Assembly (NCBI GenBank): GCA_046758445.1
Contig: JBHIAE010000003.1
Span: 32,001 to 96,000, forward strand
Length of the DNA: 64,000 nucleotides
Reading direction: 5' to 3'
Source of the DNA: Candidatus Thorarchaeota archaeon
GTDB taxonomy: Archaea > Asgardarchaeota > Thorarchaeia > Thorarchaeales > Thorarchaeaceae
Part shown: positions 49,845 through 59,322 of the stretch, piece after piece
How positions within the stretch are numbered: the first letter of the stretch is position 1
Layout of the letters: every line of letters starts with the position of its first letter
Translations under genes and position numbers: made by a program
Notes under the pieces: generated by a model
Database searches by the model: none
What the model was told of the DNA's origin: nothing
Seen by the model: the letters and a program-made list of their open reading frames with translations, nothing else

Positions 49845-51382
49845 TGATTGGGTATCGTCAAGCAAGATGGAAAGAACCTCTCTTGTTCGAAGTATCTGTT
49901 CCAGGAAGGACAAGCTTCACGCTTCGAGAAGCTGACAAAGAGATCAAGAGTGTCGCTGGTTCCATGAAGTCGATGTTACCCTCAGAGATGATCCGAACTC
50001 GACCCCCTTCCCTCCCTGAGGTTTCCGAACTCCAAGTCATACGTCATTTCACTCGTCTGTCGCAAATGAACTTCTCAGTTTCATCAGGCACATACCCTCT
50101 TGGCAGCTGCACTATGAAGTACAATCCTGTTGTCAATGACTTGGCTGCCGGCCTTAGTGGATTCTCTTGGCTACATCCACTACAAGATGTGTCGACATGT
50201 CAGGGTGCATTGGAACTGATGTGGGAGCTTGAGCATTGGCTGGCCGAGATAACCGGCATGGATGCCGTGACGCTCCAACCTGCAGCTGGGGCTCAGGGCG
50301 AGTATACAGGAGTGATGGTAATCCGGGAGTATCACAAGAATATCACACAAGAGTGTGAGCAGCGTAATGAGATGCTAATACCGGATTCAGCACATGGAAC
50401 AAACCCTGCATCTGCAGCCATGGTTGGCTACAAGGTGGTAGTACTACCTTCAAGCCCTGACGGTCTTGTAGACCTAGAGGCGTTGAAAGCTGCAGCAGGC
50501 CCAAAGACTGCTGGTTTGATGCTGACTAACCCTAACACAATTGGGGTGTTCGAGAAGGACATCGAAGAAACTGCAGGAATCATTCATGAAGCAGGTGGTC
50601 TACTGTACTATGATGGCGCCAATCTTAACGCGATAATGGGCATCACAAGACCCGGCGACATGGGGTTCGATGTTGTACACATGAATCTACACAAGTCATT
50701 CTCCACCCCGCATGGCGGAGGTGGTCCGGGAGCGGGAGCAATTGGGGTAAAGGAAATGCTAGAAGAGTTCCTTCCTGTGCCTAGGATAGCAAAGACCGAG
50801 GAAGGCACATTTGATTTCAACCACGACTTTCCAAGGTCAATAGGCAGAGTACACGGATTCTATGGCAACTTCGGGATACTTGTCAGGGCATACTCATACC
50901 TCTACTCACTCGGAAGCGAGGGAATTCGAAACGTTGCCAAGAACGCTGTACTCAACGCCAATTACGTAGCTCACCACGTAGCTAAGATTCCTGGTTTTAC
51001 ACTTCCTTTCTCAAAGGATGCTCCTCGAATGCACGAGTGTGTCATTTCGGTCGAAGAGCTCAAGGAGAAGACGGGCGTCACAGCCATGAATGTGGCGAAA
51101 CGGCTTCTTGACTTTGGAGTGCACGCTCCTACTATCTACTTCCCGCTGATAGTACCTGAGGCTCTCATGATAGAGCCTACGGAAACCGAGTCCAAGCAGG
51201 ATCTTGACTTCTTCATCTCCGCCTTGAAACAGATATCAAAAGAGGCACACGAGACTCCAGAGAGAGTCATGGATGCTCCACATATGACAGCCGTGAGGCG
51301 CTTGGATGAGTACCGAGCTGCACATCCAAGAACACTGACTTTGTCATGGCGCATGTTTCAAAAGCAGAGCAAGGACAGATAG
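49844..51382 (+). CDS. gcvPB: glycine dehydrogenase (decarboxylating) subunit 2
   Basis: PLGSCTMKYNP, SAHGTNPASA, NLHKSFSTPHGGGGPG, IEPTETES. Confidence 0.96.
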   Translation: MIGYRQARWKEPLLFEVSVPGRTSFTLREADKEIKSVAGSMKSMLPSEMIRTRPPSLPEVSELQVIRHFTRLSQMNFSVSSGTYPLGSCTMKYNPVVNDLAAGLSGFSWLHPLQDVSTCQGALELMWELEHWLAEITGMDAVTLQPAAGAQGEYTGVMVIREYHKNITQECEQRNEMLIPDSAHGTNPASAAMVGYKVVVLPSSPDGLVDLEALKAAAGPKTAGLMLTNPNTIGVFEKDIEETAGIIHEAGGLLYYDGANLNAIMGITRPGDMGFDVVHMNLHKSFSTPHGGGGPGAGAIGVKEMLEEFLPVPRIAKTEEGTFDFNHDFPRSIGRVHGFYGNFGILVRAYSYLYSLGSEGIRNVAKNAVLNANYVAHHVAKIPGFTLPFSKDAPRMHECVISVEELKEKTGVTAMNVAKRLLDFGVHAPTIYFPLIVPEALMIEPTETESKQDLDFFISALKQISKEAHETPERVMDAPHMTAVRRLDEYRAAHPRTLTLSWRMFQKQSKDR

Positions 51383-51438
51383 AGTTGAACTGCAGAACCG
51401 TGACAATAGTGCTGAAAGAAGACCCGAGGTTGATGTAG

Positions 51439-51810
51439 ATGATGTTTGAGAAACAGGCTGGCCGCCACAAGATCTTCATCCATACTGAAACCATAGGCAA
51501 TGACTTGCTTGTCGCAATCTATGGGGGTGATGAACACCACATTGGTGGAGTCTCTGTTGCCTACCCCACAAAGAGTCACTATAGAAACGCGACAACTATA
51601 AGCGTCAACAGTCTCACGCTTCCAGGTCACAAAGACTATGTGGTTGCAAACTCCACTGCCGAGAAGGTATGCAAGTCCTTAGAGAAGCCAGTGGTTGTCA
51701 CTGTAGGAATACACTATGACGCAGCTACTTCTGAGGAGATAGAGCAGGTAATTCAGATAGTAGACGAGTTGACCGAAGAGGTCATTTCGCAGTATCAAAA
51801 CGCTGAATAA
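51439..51810 (+). CDS. LpdD-like / proteasome-assembly-chaperone-4-like protein
   Basis: GNDLLV.IYGG..HIG, LPGHKD, VVVTVGIHYD.AT.EEI. Confidence 0.7.
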   Translation: MMFEKQAGRHKIFIHTETIGNDLLVAIYGGDEHHIGGVSVAYPTKSHYRNATTISVNSLTLPGHKDYVVANSTAEKVCKSLEKPVVVTVGIHYDAATSEEIEQVIQIVDELTEEVISQYQNAE

Positions 51811-51842
51811 CTCAACTGAGTAGGCCCCTCAGGGTCCTTTAT

Positions 51843-52124
51843 GTGCGCGTGAGTCTCAAGTCCTTCGGCCCCATCCGCCGGGCTCTCAATAGTCAGGTAG
51901 TCGACATAGACGTTCCTGACAACTCCACTGTCAGGCAGGTCATCGATAGGATTGTCGAGATCGGAGGAGATGAAGTCAGGCGTCTGGTATTGGACGGCAA
52001 TCGCATAAGCGGCAATCTGATAGTGATGTTGAACAAGAGGGATGTGGCGACACTCGAAGGAGAAGACACACCAGTGCGTGAGAATGACGAGGTAGTTGTT
52101 CTACCACATGTCCAAGGGGGATAG
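51843..52124 (+). CDS. ubiquitin-like small modifier (SAMP/MoaD/ThiS family)
   Basis: VMLNKRDV, DEVVVLPHVQGG with C-terminal di-glycine. Confidence 0.92.
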   Translation: MRVSLKSFGPIRRALNSQVVDIDVPDNSTVRQVIDRIVEIGGDEVRRLVLDGNRISGNLIVMLNKRDVATLEGEDTPVRENDEVVVLPHVQGG

Positions 52125-52132
52125 ATAAGAGA

Positions 52133-53428
52133 TTGGAGCATGGTCGCTTCTACCTTGAAACATACGGTTGTTCCCTGAACAAGTCTGATTCTGATATCAT
52201 TGTGGGACATCTCAGTACTCTGGGAGCAGAACGAGTTGACAAGATTGAGAATGCCAATCTCGTCATACTGAACTCCTGTGGAGTCAAGGAACCCACCGAG
52301 GACCGTATCATACACAGACTTGAGAAGCTATCTCGGCAGTCAGCACCAGTAGTGATTGCTGGATGTCTTCCACGCATCTCCATCAATCGAGTCAAGAGTG
52401 CAATACCGGACTTTGCAGCACTTCTTGGTCCTCAATCGATTGAGTCAATGGGTCCAATAGTAGAACAAGTGTTGCGTGGTGAACGCGGAATCATTCACTT
52501 AGAATCTGACTTGGGCTCAAAACTTAGCTTCTTCGAGGGCCCACCGAGCAGCGTAATCTGTACGGTTCCGGTTTGTGAAGGCTGCCTAGGCAGCTGTGCC
52601 TATTGTGCAGTCCGTTTTGCTAGAGGGGATGTGCGGAGCCATAGCATTTCTGAGATAAGTCGTGTCGTAGATAGATGCGTTCACCTTGGCTATCGAGAGA
52701 TAAGATTGACCTCGCAAGATGCCGGTGTCTTTGGGCATGACACGGGAGAAACACTGCCTGACCTATTGACTACACTTGATCTCATTGAAGGCCTTCACAT
52801 GTTCCGACTTGGAATGTTCAACCCCAATCTGGTAATCGATTCAATAGAAGACCTAACTGAAATCATGGCGTCCAATCATTACTTCAAGTTCTTCCACATT
52901 CCTCTACAATCCGGAAGCGATCATGTTCTGGATAGAATGGAGCGACAGTATACTGTCAAGGAATGGACCGCAATTGTCAATAAGGTGACCAGGAGGCTCC
53001 CAAAGGCAACAATAGCTACTGATATCATTGTGGGATTCCCCGGTGAAACAGAAGTGGACTTTGAGTCCACCATTGCTCTTCTGGAGAGAGTGAAACCGAG
53101 CGTAGTCAACATCTCGAAATACGGGGACCGACCCGGAACCCGAGCATCGAGGTCCAATGAAAAGGTCGACACCTCTGTCAAGAAAGAACGAAGTCGGAAA
53201 CTATCAGGCCTTGTGTCAGAAATGACAACACAGCATAATGAGTCATGGATTGGATGGTCCGGCCCGGTACTTGTGACAGAGCCCGGTTCAAAGGGCGGAG
53301 TTGTGTGCAGAAACTTCGCCTACAAACCGGTTGTTGTTCTTGAGGACTTGGAATACGGGACCTACGTGAATGTGGAGGTGACTTCTGCCCAGAGGACCCA
53401 CTTGATTGCTCAGACATGTCCCGACTGA
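52133..53428 (+). CDS. mtaB: tRNA t6A37 methylthiotransferase (archaeal e-MtaB/CDKAL1-like)
   Basis: ETYGCSLN, NSCGVK, AGC, GCLGSCAYC, TDIIVGFPGET, TRAM domain. Confidence 0.9.
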   Translation: MEHGRFYLETYGCSLNKSDSDIIVGHLSTLGAERVDKIENANLVILNSCGVKEPTEDRIIHRLEKLSRQSAPVVIAGCLPRISINRVKSAIPDFAALLGPQSIESMGPIVEQVLRGERGIIHLESDLGSKLSFFEGPPSSVICTVPVCEGCLGSCAYCAVRFARGDVRSHSISEISRVVDRCVHLGYREIRLTSQDAGVFGHDTGETLPDLLTTLDLIEGLHMFRLGMFNPNLVIDSIEDLTEIMASNHYFKFFHIPLQSGSDHVLDRMERQYTVKEWTAIVNKVTRRLPKATIATDIIVGFPGETEVDFESTIALLERVKPSVVNISKYGDRPGTRASRSNEKVDTSVKKERSRKLSGLVSEMTTQHNESWIGWSGPVLVTEPGSKGGVVCRNFAYKPVVVLEDLEYGTYVNVEVTSAQRTHLIAQTCPD

Positions 53429-54444
53429 ATCATGATATCGATTACCTTGCCTGACAGAGCACTCTTCCTTGAAGCCTCTACAATCTCAAGAGCTGCTATA
53501 CCATCATCAAGGCCCACTTTGGGGGTATCTCCAGTTTCAATACAATGAAGGAAGTCGCTGACCACTTGCTGTAGGGGCTCTCCATAGACCTTGATAGTAG
53601 CACCTCGTTCTGGCAGGCTCAGAGTCCTACCATCGGCTGAAGGCGCTTGATCCAAGTCTTGAATCTTGATTATCTGGCCGAACAAATCGAGTGTCAAAGT
53701 GCCCTTTGTTCCTGATACATCCATGCTCCGCTTCCTACCGACATATTGTCTTGATAGATGGAAAAAGTGTTCAACTCCGCTTTCAAACCTGACCATCACA
53801 GTCCCAGCGTTCATTACCTCGTTCTTCATGCTGCACTGAGCGTACAGTTTGGCAGGCCCATGGCTTATCCGTCTCATGATGTCGAAATCGTGAACGCCTA
53901 TGTCTTCGAAGACATCACCTAGAGATTCTATCCTCGTTGGTGACACGAATCCCCGCCTGTCATGAATTACACTCTGAGGTGTGCCGACTGCACCGTTTCG
54001 AATGAGCTTCAGTGTTCGTTCCACTACCGGATTGTAGATCTCAGAGTGACCTACAAGTGCCACTATACACTTCTCTCTAAGAAGCTTAGCCACCCTCTGT
54101 GCGTCTTTTGCAGTTCTTGCCATGGGTTTCTCGATGAGCATCCCTCGGATTCCCGTGTTGTCACTGGCGATCCTCTCCACAATGCTTGCGTGGGTTTCCG
54201 TGGGTGTAGATACCACCACTCCGTCCAGACTCGCTTGGTCAATCATTGATTGATAATCATCATATGCCTCTACCTCATACAGCCGCGCTACTTCTTCTGC
54301 CTTCTCGAAGTCTGTATCTGCAACTCCTGCAAGTGTATGCATGCCACTCAGGACTCGGGCATGGATTCTTCCCATGTTTCCTGTGCCGATGATTCCTATC
54401 CTTAGCGTTGTCGTGGCAATCCACTCCTCAGGCAAGCGTCTCAT
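53410..54444 (-). CDS. Gfo/Idh/MocA family oxidoreductase
   Basis: IGIIGTGNMGRIH, STPTETH, IEKPMA, DIGVHD. Confidence 0.92.
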   Translation of the reverse strand: MRRLPEEWIATTTLRIGIIGTGNMGRIHARVLSGMHTLAGVADTDFEKAEEVARLYEVEAYDDYQSMIDQASLDGVVVSTPTETHASIVERIASDNTGIRGMLIEKPMARTAKDAQRVAKLLREKCIVALVGHSEIYNPVVERTLKLIRNGAVGTPQSVIHDRRGFVSPTRIESLGDVFEDIGVHDFDIMRRISHGPAKLYAQCSMKNEVMNAGTVMVRFESGVEHFFHLSRQYVGRKRSMDVSGTKGTLTLDLFGQIIKIQDLDQAPSADGRTLSLPERGATIKVYGEPLQQVVSDFLHCIETGDTPKVGLDDGIAALEIVEASRKSALSGKVIDIMIQSGHV

Positions 54445-54846
54445 TAGAAACCCGCTTTATAGATTATTCTTCGTCGCTCGTGAAGGGATCACCAATGATA
54501 CATTCCGGATTTGACATGATTTTCGCATTTGGCACAAGTCGCTCTGACCCTGCACTGCACTAGGGCCTTATATTCCGAAGACAACACTCATTTTCAGAAT
54601 ACAGTCTGCATGAAACTTCGAGGTTTCCTCATGGCACTGGTCTTAGGTCTACGTCCCTGTCACCCTCTCTGCTCCCACTAGAGGAGAAAGACCCACCACA
54701 CCAACTAGTGCCTGCTAATTGTGAAACTTCATTCCCCTGTAGACACCTCCCAAGAAGGACCCACCCTTGAAGCCTCGGCTCTTCTTTCCCGTGGTACGGG
54801 TGGGTCCTGTAAATACGAGAAATGTCACATAACATCAGAGGTGATC

Positions 54847-55734
54847 TCACTTGTTACTCTCGTCGGACCGTCCGATAGCCTTTGGGTAAGAGCCCAAGAC
54901 CTTGACAAAGACTGACTTAGCTCTCAGGCCCTCAAGTGCCTCTGAACATCTCTTCTCGTTTTGGTGCCCTTCAAAGTCCAAGTAGAAGTTATACTCCCAT
55001 GGATGCTGTCGGGTGGGCCTGGATTCAATCTTGGTCAAGTTTATTCCTCTGGTGGCCAATTCTCCCAACGACTCATAGAGTGCACCAGGAACATGCTTGG
55101 TTGAGAAGATCACTGATGTCTTATCGTTCTCAGTAGGAGTCGGCTTTACCTTGGACAGCACAAAGAAGCGAGTGTAGTTGTTCCGGTTGTCTGCGATATC
55201 CTCAGCCAGTATCTTCATTCCATAGATCTCAGCAGCTCTCTCGCTTGCGACTGCAGCAGCATCTCTCAGTTGCTCCTCCTTAATCATCTTCACACTTCCA
55301 GCAGTATCATAGGTAGACACTAAGTCGAAACCCTGACGTTCTAGGAAGTCCCGACACTGTCCAAGCGCCTGAGGATGTGAGTAGACCACTCTTACTCCTT
55401 CAATCGTTGTACCGGGGTCCGCTATGAGGCAGTGAGAGATTCTCAGAACTATCTCGCCACACACATTCAGATCATACAGTAGAAACAAATCGTATACCTG
55501 ACTGACGCTACCTTCAATCGAGTTCTCTATGGGAACTATACCATACTCAGTGGCATCGGAACTCACTTCTCTGAAGACGTCGGAAAACCGTTTGCAGGGT
55601 CTAGGTTGAGCACTCGGTCCGAAGAAACTGTAGACTGCACTCTCACTATATGCACCTGGTTCGCCCTGAAACGCAACTTCTGTGCTTCTTCCTGATTCCG
55701 TCATTTCACAATCCTTGGACTGCTGACTTGACAT
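54847..55734 (-). CDS. pheA: prephenate dehydratase with ACT domain
   Basis: AFQGEPGAYSE, PIENSIEG, SHPQALGQC, NYTRF, NLTKIESRP. Confidence 0.96.
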   Translation of the reverse strand: MSSQQSKDCEMTESGRSTEVAFQGEPGAYSESAVYSFFGPSAQPRPCKRFSDVFREVSSDATEYGIVPIENSIEGSVSQVYDLFLLYDLNVCGEIVLRISHCLIADPGTTIEGVRVVYSHPQALGQCRDFLERQGFDLVSTYDTAGSVKMIKEEQLRDAAAVASERAAEIYGMKILAEDIADNRNNYTRFFVLSKVKPTPTENDKTSVIFSTKHVPGALYESLGELATRGINLTKIESRPTRQHPWEYNFYLDFEGHQNEKRCSEALEGLRAKSVFVKVLGSYPKAIGRSDESNK

Positions 55735-55887
55735 GCTTATAACACTACGGCTGTCCGTCGGCCGAATTGGGAGGTCTTATCAATTTGGCCCCGAGTCCGG
55801 AAGAACCTATTTCCAAGGGAGGTGAAAGACACTCGCGGATACTGAGATTCAGACATGAGTCACTTCACAAGATGCTCGTGAGAGGAC

Positions 55888-56208
55888 TCAATTCTCACGT
55901 GGTGTAACTCGAATACTCACTACCTCTTTTTCTCTGTAGATATCCGACCACTGTTCAGATGTCAACATCTCTCTAAGCTTGTCTTTGGCACCCTTTCTCA
56001 TACGCTCACTCGTGTACACTATCTTGTCCACTTTGACTGGCACACTTGGATCATCATATTCCTCTCTGTCGTACTTACGCATGGTAGCTTCGAGGTAATC
56101 ATGAAGTGTTTCCAGCTGGTCTTCGATGGCATTCTTCTGTTGAAGCAAATTGTAGTACTCTTCACAGATCTCACGCATCTCTTCCTCGAATCTCTCTTGC
56201 AGACTCAT
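55888..56208 (-). CDS. hypothetical coiled-coil protein
   Basis: ATG with upstream GAGG, charged helical N-half; lies directly 3' of tRNA-Leu. Confidence 0.6.
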   Translation of the reverse strand: MSLQERFEEEMREICEEYYNLLQQKNAIEDQLETLHDYLEATMRKYDREEYDDPSVPVKVDKIVYTSERMRKGAKDKLREMLTSEQWSDIYREKEVVSIRVTPREN

Positions 56209-56274
56209 TGCATAGGCCTCTTTCTCTGTGAATACTGTCTTCTGTCAGAATGCTCATCCATCTGAAAAACAAGT

Positions 56275-56362
56275 TGGTGCGGAGGGCGAGATTTGAACTC
56301 GCGAACTCCTACGAGACTAGGCCCTCAACCTAGCGCCTTTGGCCAGGCTTGGCAACCTCCGC
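56275..56362 (-). tRNA. tRNA-Leu (GAG), CCA encoded
   Basis: GCGGAGG acceptor, CTAGG-TTGAGGG-CCTAG anticodon arm, long variable arm, TTCAAAT T loop. Confidence 0.96.
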
Positions 56363-56430
56363 GTGAGTAAGTGGTCAATCGAATCGTGGTTGCTGTTGTG
56401 AACCTCTTAAAGCTGTCGGACATACAATGG

Positions 56431-56775
56431 CTACTCTGCTTCATATCTGTCCGATTCTGCAAAGAAGTCCATTGCAAGCACGAACGAGTTGGGCACTGCG
56501 TGATGAACTACGCCTTCGGGAATCGTGTACGTGTCGCCCTTCCTGTAGACTCGAGTTTCGTCGCCTATTGTGAGAGTCAATTCGCCTTCTATCACCACTC
56601 CGAACTGGGCCGCGTGGCTGTGAGGAGGCACTCTTGCCGTAGACTCAATCTCAAAGAAAGCAATCTGGAAGGTCGTTCCTTGCGCCAGCCACCCCTCGAC
56701 CCCCTTCATAGAGTGCTTGACTTTCGGGAGGCCTTTGATGAAATCAGGATATGTTGCTCTAGTCATGTTGGTCAC
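56431..56775 (-). CDS. cupin domain protein
   Basis: PPHSHAAQ.G.VIEGEL, GDTYTIPEGVVH. Confidence 0.9.
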   Translation of the reverse strand: MTNMTRATYPDFIKGLPKVKHSMKGVEGWLAQGTTFQIAFFEIESTARVPPHSHAAQFGVVIEGELTLTIGDETRVYRKGDTYTIPEGVVHHAVPNSFVLAMDFFAESDRYEAE

Positions 56776-56990
56776 AGCTTTCGGAGTAGTAGCCCCCTCC
56801 TATAATACTTGAGTCCAGAATACGAAACTGTCCTGTTGATAGAATAATGGAAACGTCCGGATGAGACGAGGGTATGCGCATGGACCAAGGTCTTCTACCT
56901 CTAGCTCATCCTCTCAGAATGATTGCTAAAGGTAGAGGCACAAGAAGAGATGAACTCGAGAGAGCTCATCTCCCCTAACCCTTTTAGATT

Positions 56991-58361
56991 CTACAAAGAA
57001 AGGCTCTCAATCGTCCTCTCTGAATTCACAACTTCCTCCATTTGCATAATCGTGGGGATGAAGCGTCCTACCAGCCCAATCAGGATTATTCCGACTCCGC
57101 TGATCAGAAACCAGGTAGATGCGCCTAGGGCGTCTGCCACCGGACCAGCCAGAGCAAGGCCAATGGGTGCCATCAGTGGTGATAGACTGACTATGACTGA
57201 GAAGACACGCCCCTGCATATCCGGCGGTACTACTGCCTGCAGTATGGCCATTAGCGACCCGGAGGCCATCGGAATCATGATTCCTGCAAGAAGCAGTCCA
57301 CCAACAGCCATTGAGAAGAAGCTGCTTGGAGTCAAACCAACAACGAGAATCGCCACACCTGCGATAACCACAGCCCAGACTACCGTGACCATGCGACGCT
57401 TGAAGCCACCCCACATGCTCAAAGTTACACCGCCCAATATCATGCCGACTCCCATGGCTGACTGAAGCCAGGCTAGCTCAAATGGCCCGCCGCTGAAATG
57501 AATCAGGGCCAAAATGGGTATCAACGTAGTAGCAGGAATCAGAATCATGTTAATGATCATAAGGGCGAATAGGGTGAACTGGCCACCTTTCCACCCCAGC
57601 AAGAAGCCAACCCCTTGTTTAATGTCAGTCTGCAGACTAGAAGAGCTCTCTTCTACCGAGAGTTCTTTCATTGGTTGAGGAATCCTAATCAATAACAAAG
57701 GCACTATTGCCATAGCTGCAGTTCCAACATCTATCATCAATATAGTCTGAATTGGTAGAATCACAAGCAACAGAGCGCCGAGGGGAGGGGCAGCGATCTG
57801 AGCCAGACCAGAGAGAGTCTGATACAGACCATTGGCTCTGGAAAGATGTTCGTCTGGCACCATCAGTGAAACTGAAGCTTGCAGTGCAGGCCACTGAAAC
57901 ACTCCGATGGCAGAACGAATCGCCATTACTATGTAGACATGTACTATCTGAGCAGACCCCATTGCAAAGAGAACAGCCAATAGAATGACCATGAAGGCTG
58001 CAACCCCATCTGAAAGGATCATCACCTTACGTCGATTCCAACGGTCGACTAGGACTCCAGCAACAGGGCTGGCTATGATCTGAGGTAGGAGAGCAATAAT
58101 TGTACCGATTGCAAGCACAGTGGCGCTGCCTGTGGTCAAGGTCAGCCACCAGACGAGTGCAAACTGCACAAGTGCACTACCCACAAGGGAGAATGCCTGC
58201 CCTCCAAGTATCTTCATGAAGTCCTTCATCAGATGCTTCTTCTCAGCATCGGGCTGTTGAGATGTTGACAGCACACCTGCAGCTAGGTCGACTGACTCGC
58301 CAGCAGCATACGTGATCTCGTGAGCCTGAAGTTCCTGTTCGAGTTCTGTTTCAAGTATCAT
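56991..58361 (-). CDS. MFS transporter, DHA3/MefA-like efflux
   Basis: GQAFSLVGSALVQFALVWWL, GVLVDRWNRRKVM, QGRVFS; 12 TM. Confidence 0.92.
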   Translation of the reverse strand: MILETELEQELQAHEITYAAGESVDLAAGVLSTSQQPDAEKKHLMKDFMKILGGQAFSLVGSALVQFALVWWLTLTTGSATVLAIGTIIALLPQIIASPVAGVLVDRWNRRKVMILSDGVAAFMVILLAVLFAMGSAQIVHVYIVMAIRSAIGVFQWPALQASVSLMVPDEHLSRANGLYQTLSGLAQIAAPPLGALLLVILPIQTILMIDVGTAAMAIVPLLLIRIPQPMKELSVEESSSSLQTDIKQGVGFLLGWKGGQFTLFALMIINMILIPATTLIPILALIHFSGGPFELAWLQSAMGVGMILGGVTLSMWGGFKRRMVTVVWAVVIAGVAILVVGLTPSSFFSMAVGGLLLAGIMIPMASGSLMAILQAVVPPDMQGRVFSVIVSLSPLMAPIGLALAGPVADALGASTWFLISGVGIILIGLVGRFIPTIMQMEEVVNSERTIESLSL

Positions 58362-58389
58362 TTCCGTAACAGTCCTTACATAGTGATAT

Positions 58390-58407
58390 AAACCGACCAG
58401 TCGGTTT
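58390..58407. promoter_or_regulatory. TetR operator 1
   Basis: AAACCGAC-CA-GTCGGTTT palindrome abutting the MFS TATA box. Confidence 0.8.
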
Positions 58408-58420
58408 TGAATTACTTATG

Positions 58421-58438
58421 AAACTAACCAGTCGGTTT
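58421..58438. promoter_or_regulatory. TetR operator 2
   Basis: AAACTAAC-CA-GTCGGTTT. Confidence 0.75.
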
Positions 58439-58567
58439 TATTAATAAGTCTTTCCCCTGACGTAGGACATCAAAACCATTGAAGGCAGCACACTTCGAAG
58501 TCAGTGATCTTGACTACACCGATGTTCCAGGATTCCCTGTAGGCTCACAAATCGAAACACTTATTGG

Positions 58568-58585
58568 AAACTAACCAGTCGGTTT
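58568..58585. promoter_or_regulatory. TetR operator 3
   Basis: AAACTAAC-CA-GTCGGTTT just upstream of the tetR start. Confidence 0.75.
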
Positions 58586-58607
58586 CATTAGAAGGACCTA
58601 GAGAGAT

Positions 58608-59237
58608 GTGTGCGCAAAGTTGACACCGAAAGTAACTGCCGAGAAGAAGAAGCTCATATTGGATACAATAGTGAGTGCAGCGGAAACTCTCTTTGGAAAC
58701 AAGGGGTACCATGGAACCTCTATGGATGATATTGTCAAAGAGAGTGGCTATAGCAAGGGCGCAATATACGGTCATTTTGAGAGTAAGGAACAGCTATTCT
58801 TGGCTGTACTTGATAGGCAGACTGGCGCGAGCTTGGAAGCTATGAGGTCCCAGTTCTCTCCTGATGATTCTGCCTGGACAAAACTGGAGAAGATCTTGAA
58901 GGCTGAGACTGACAACATGTCCAGAATCTCAGACGAGGAATGTCGGCTCTCTTTCGAGATTCAACTACAAATCTCAAGGCAGAAGTCTTGGAGATCTAAG
59001 ATGGAAGAACAGTTTGATAGAGCACTTAGGTTTATAGCTGAGATTGTTGAGGAGGGTATACAGACCGGGGAGTTCGAGCAAGACATAGATCCCGAGAGCG
59101 TGGCAGCCATACTAGTAGGAGCTTCAAACGGGCTGTCACTCTACAGACTCGTTACCAGTAAGCCGTTCGACTGGAAGAAGATCAATGACACTCTATGTGC
59201 CATCCTACATAGAGGAGTAGTCGCTACCAGCAAGTGA
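58608..59237 (+). CDS. TetR/AcrR family transcriptional regulator
   Basis: AAETLFGNKGYHGTSMDDIVKESGYSKGAIYGHFESKEQLF. Confidence 0.95.
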   Translation: MCAKLTPKVTAEKKKLILDTIVSAAETLFGNKGYHGTSMDDIVKESGYSKGAIYGHFESKEQLFLAVLDRQTGASLEAMRSQFSPDDSAWTKLEKILKAETDNMSRISDEECRLSFEIQLQISRQKSWRSKMEEQFDRALRFIAEIVEEGIQTGEFEQDIDPESVAAILVGASNGLSLYRLVTSKPFDWKKINDTLCAILHRGVVATSK

Positions 59238-59322
59238 AGGGACTACAAGCTAGCTTTGCATTGCCTGCAAGTTTTCGCTTGACTCTCTAGCTACTTTCAA
59301 CTAGCCTAACGCAAGGAAGAAA

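Noticed and set aside
54446-54810. RNase P RNA or SRP RNA in the pheA downstream gap
   Set aside because: No correctly ordered GAGGAAAGUCC / ACAGAA..GGCUUA pair and no SRP helix-8 motif; AGAAACCCGCTTTATAG is better explained as the promoter of the Gfo/Idh/MocA gene
55835-55853. Degenerate att copy of the tRNA-Leu 3' end (GCGGA....GAGATT)
   Set aside because: Only about 12 of 19 bases match, which is compatible with chance
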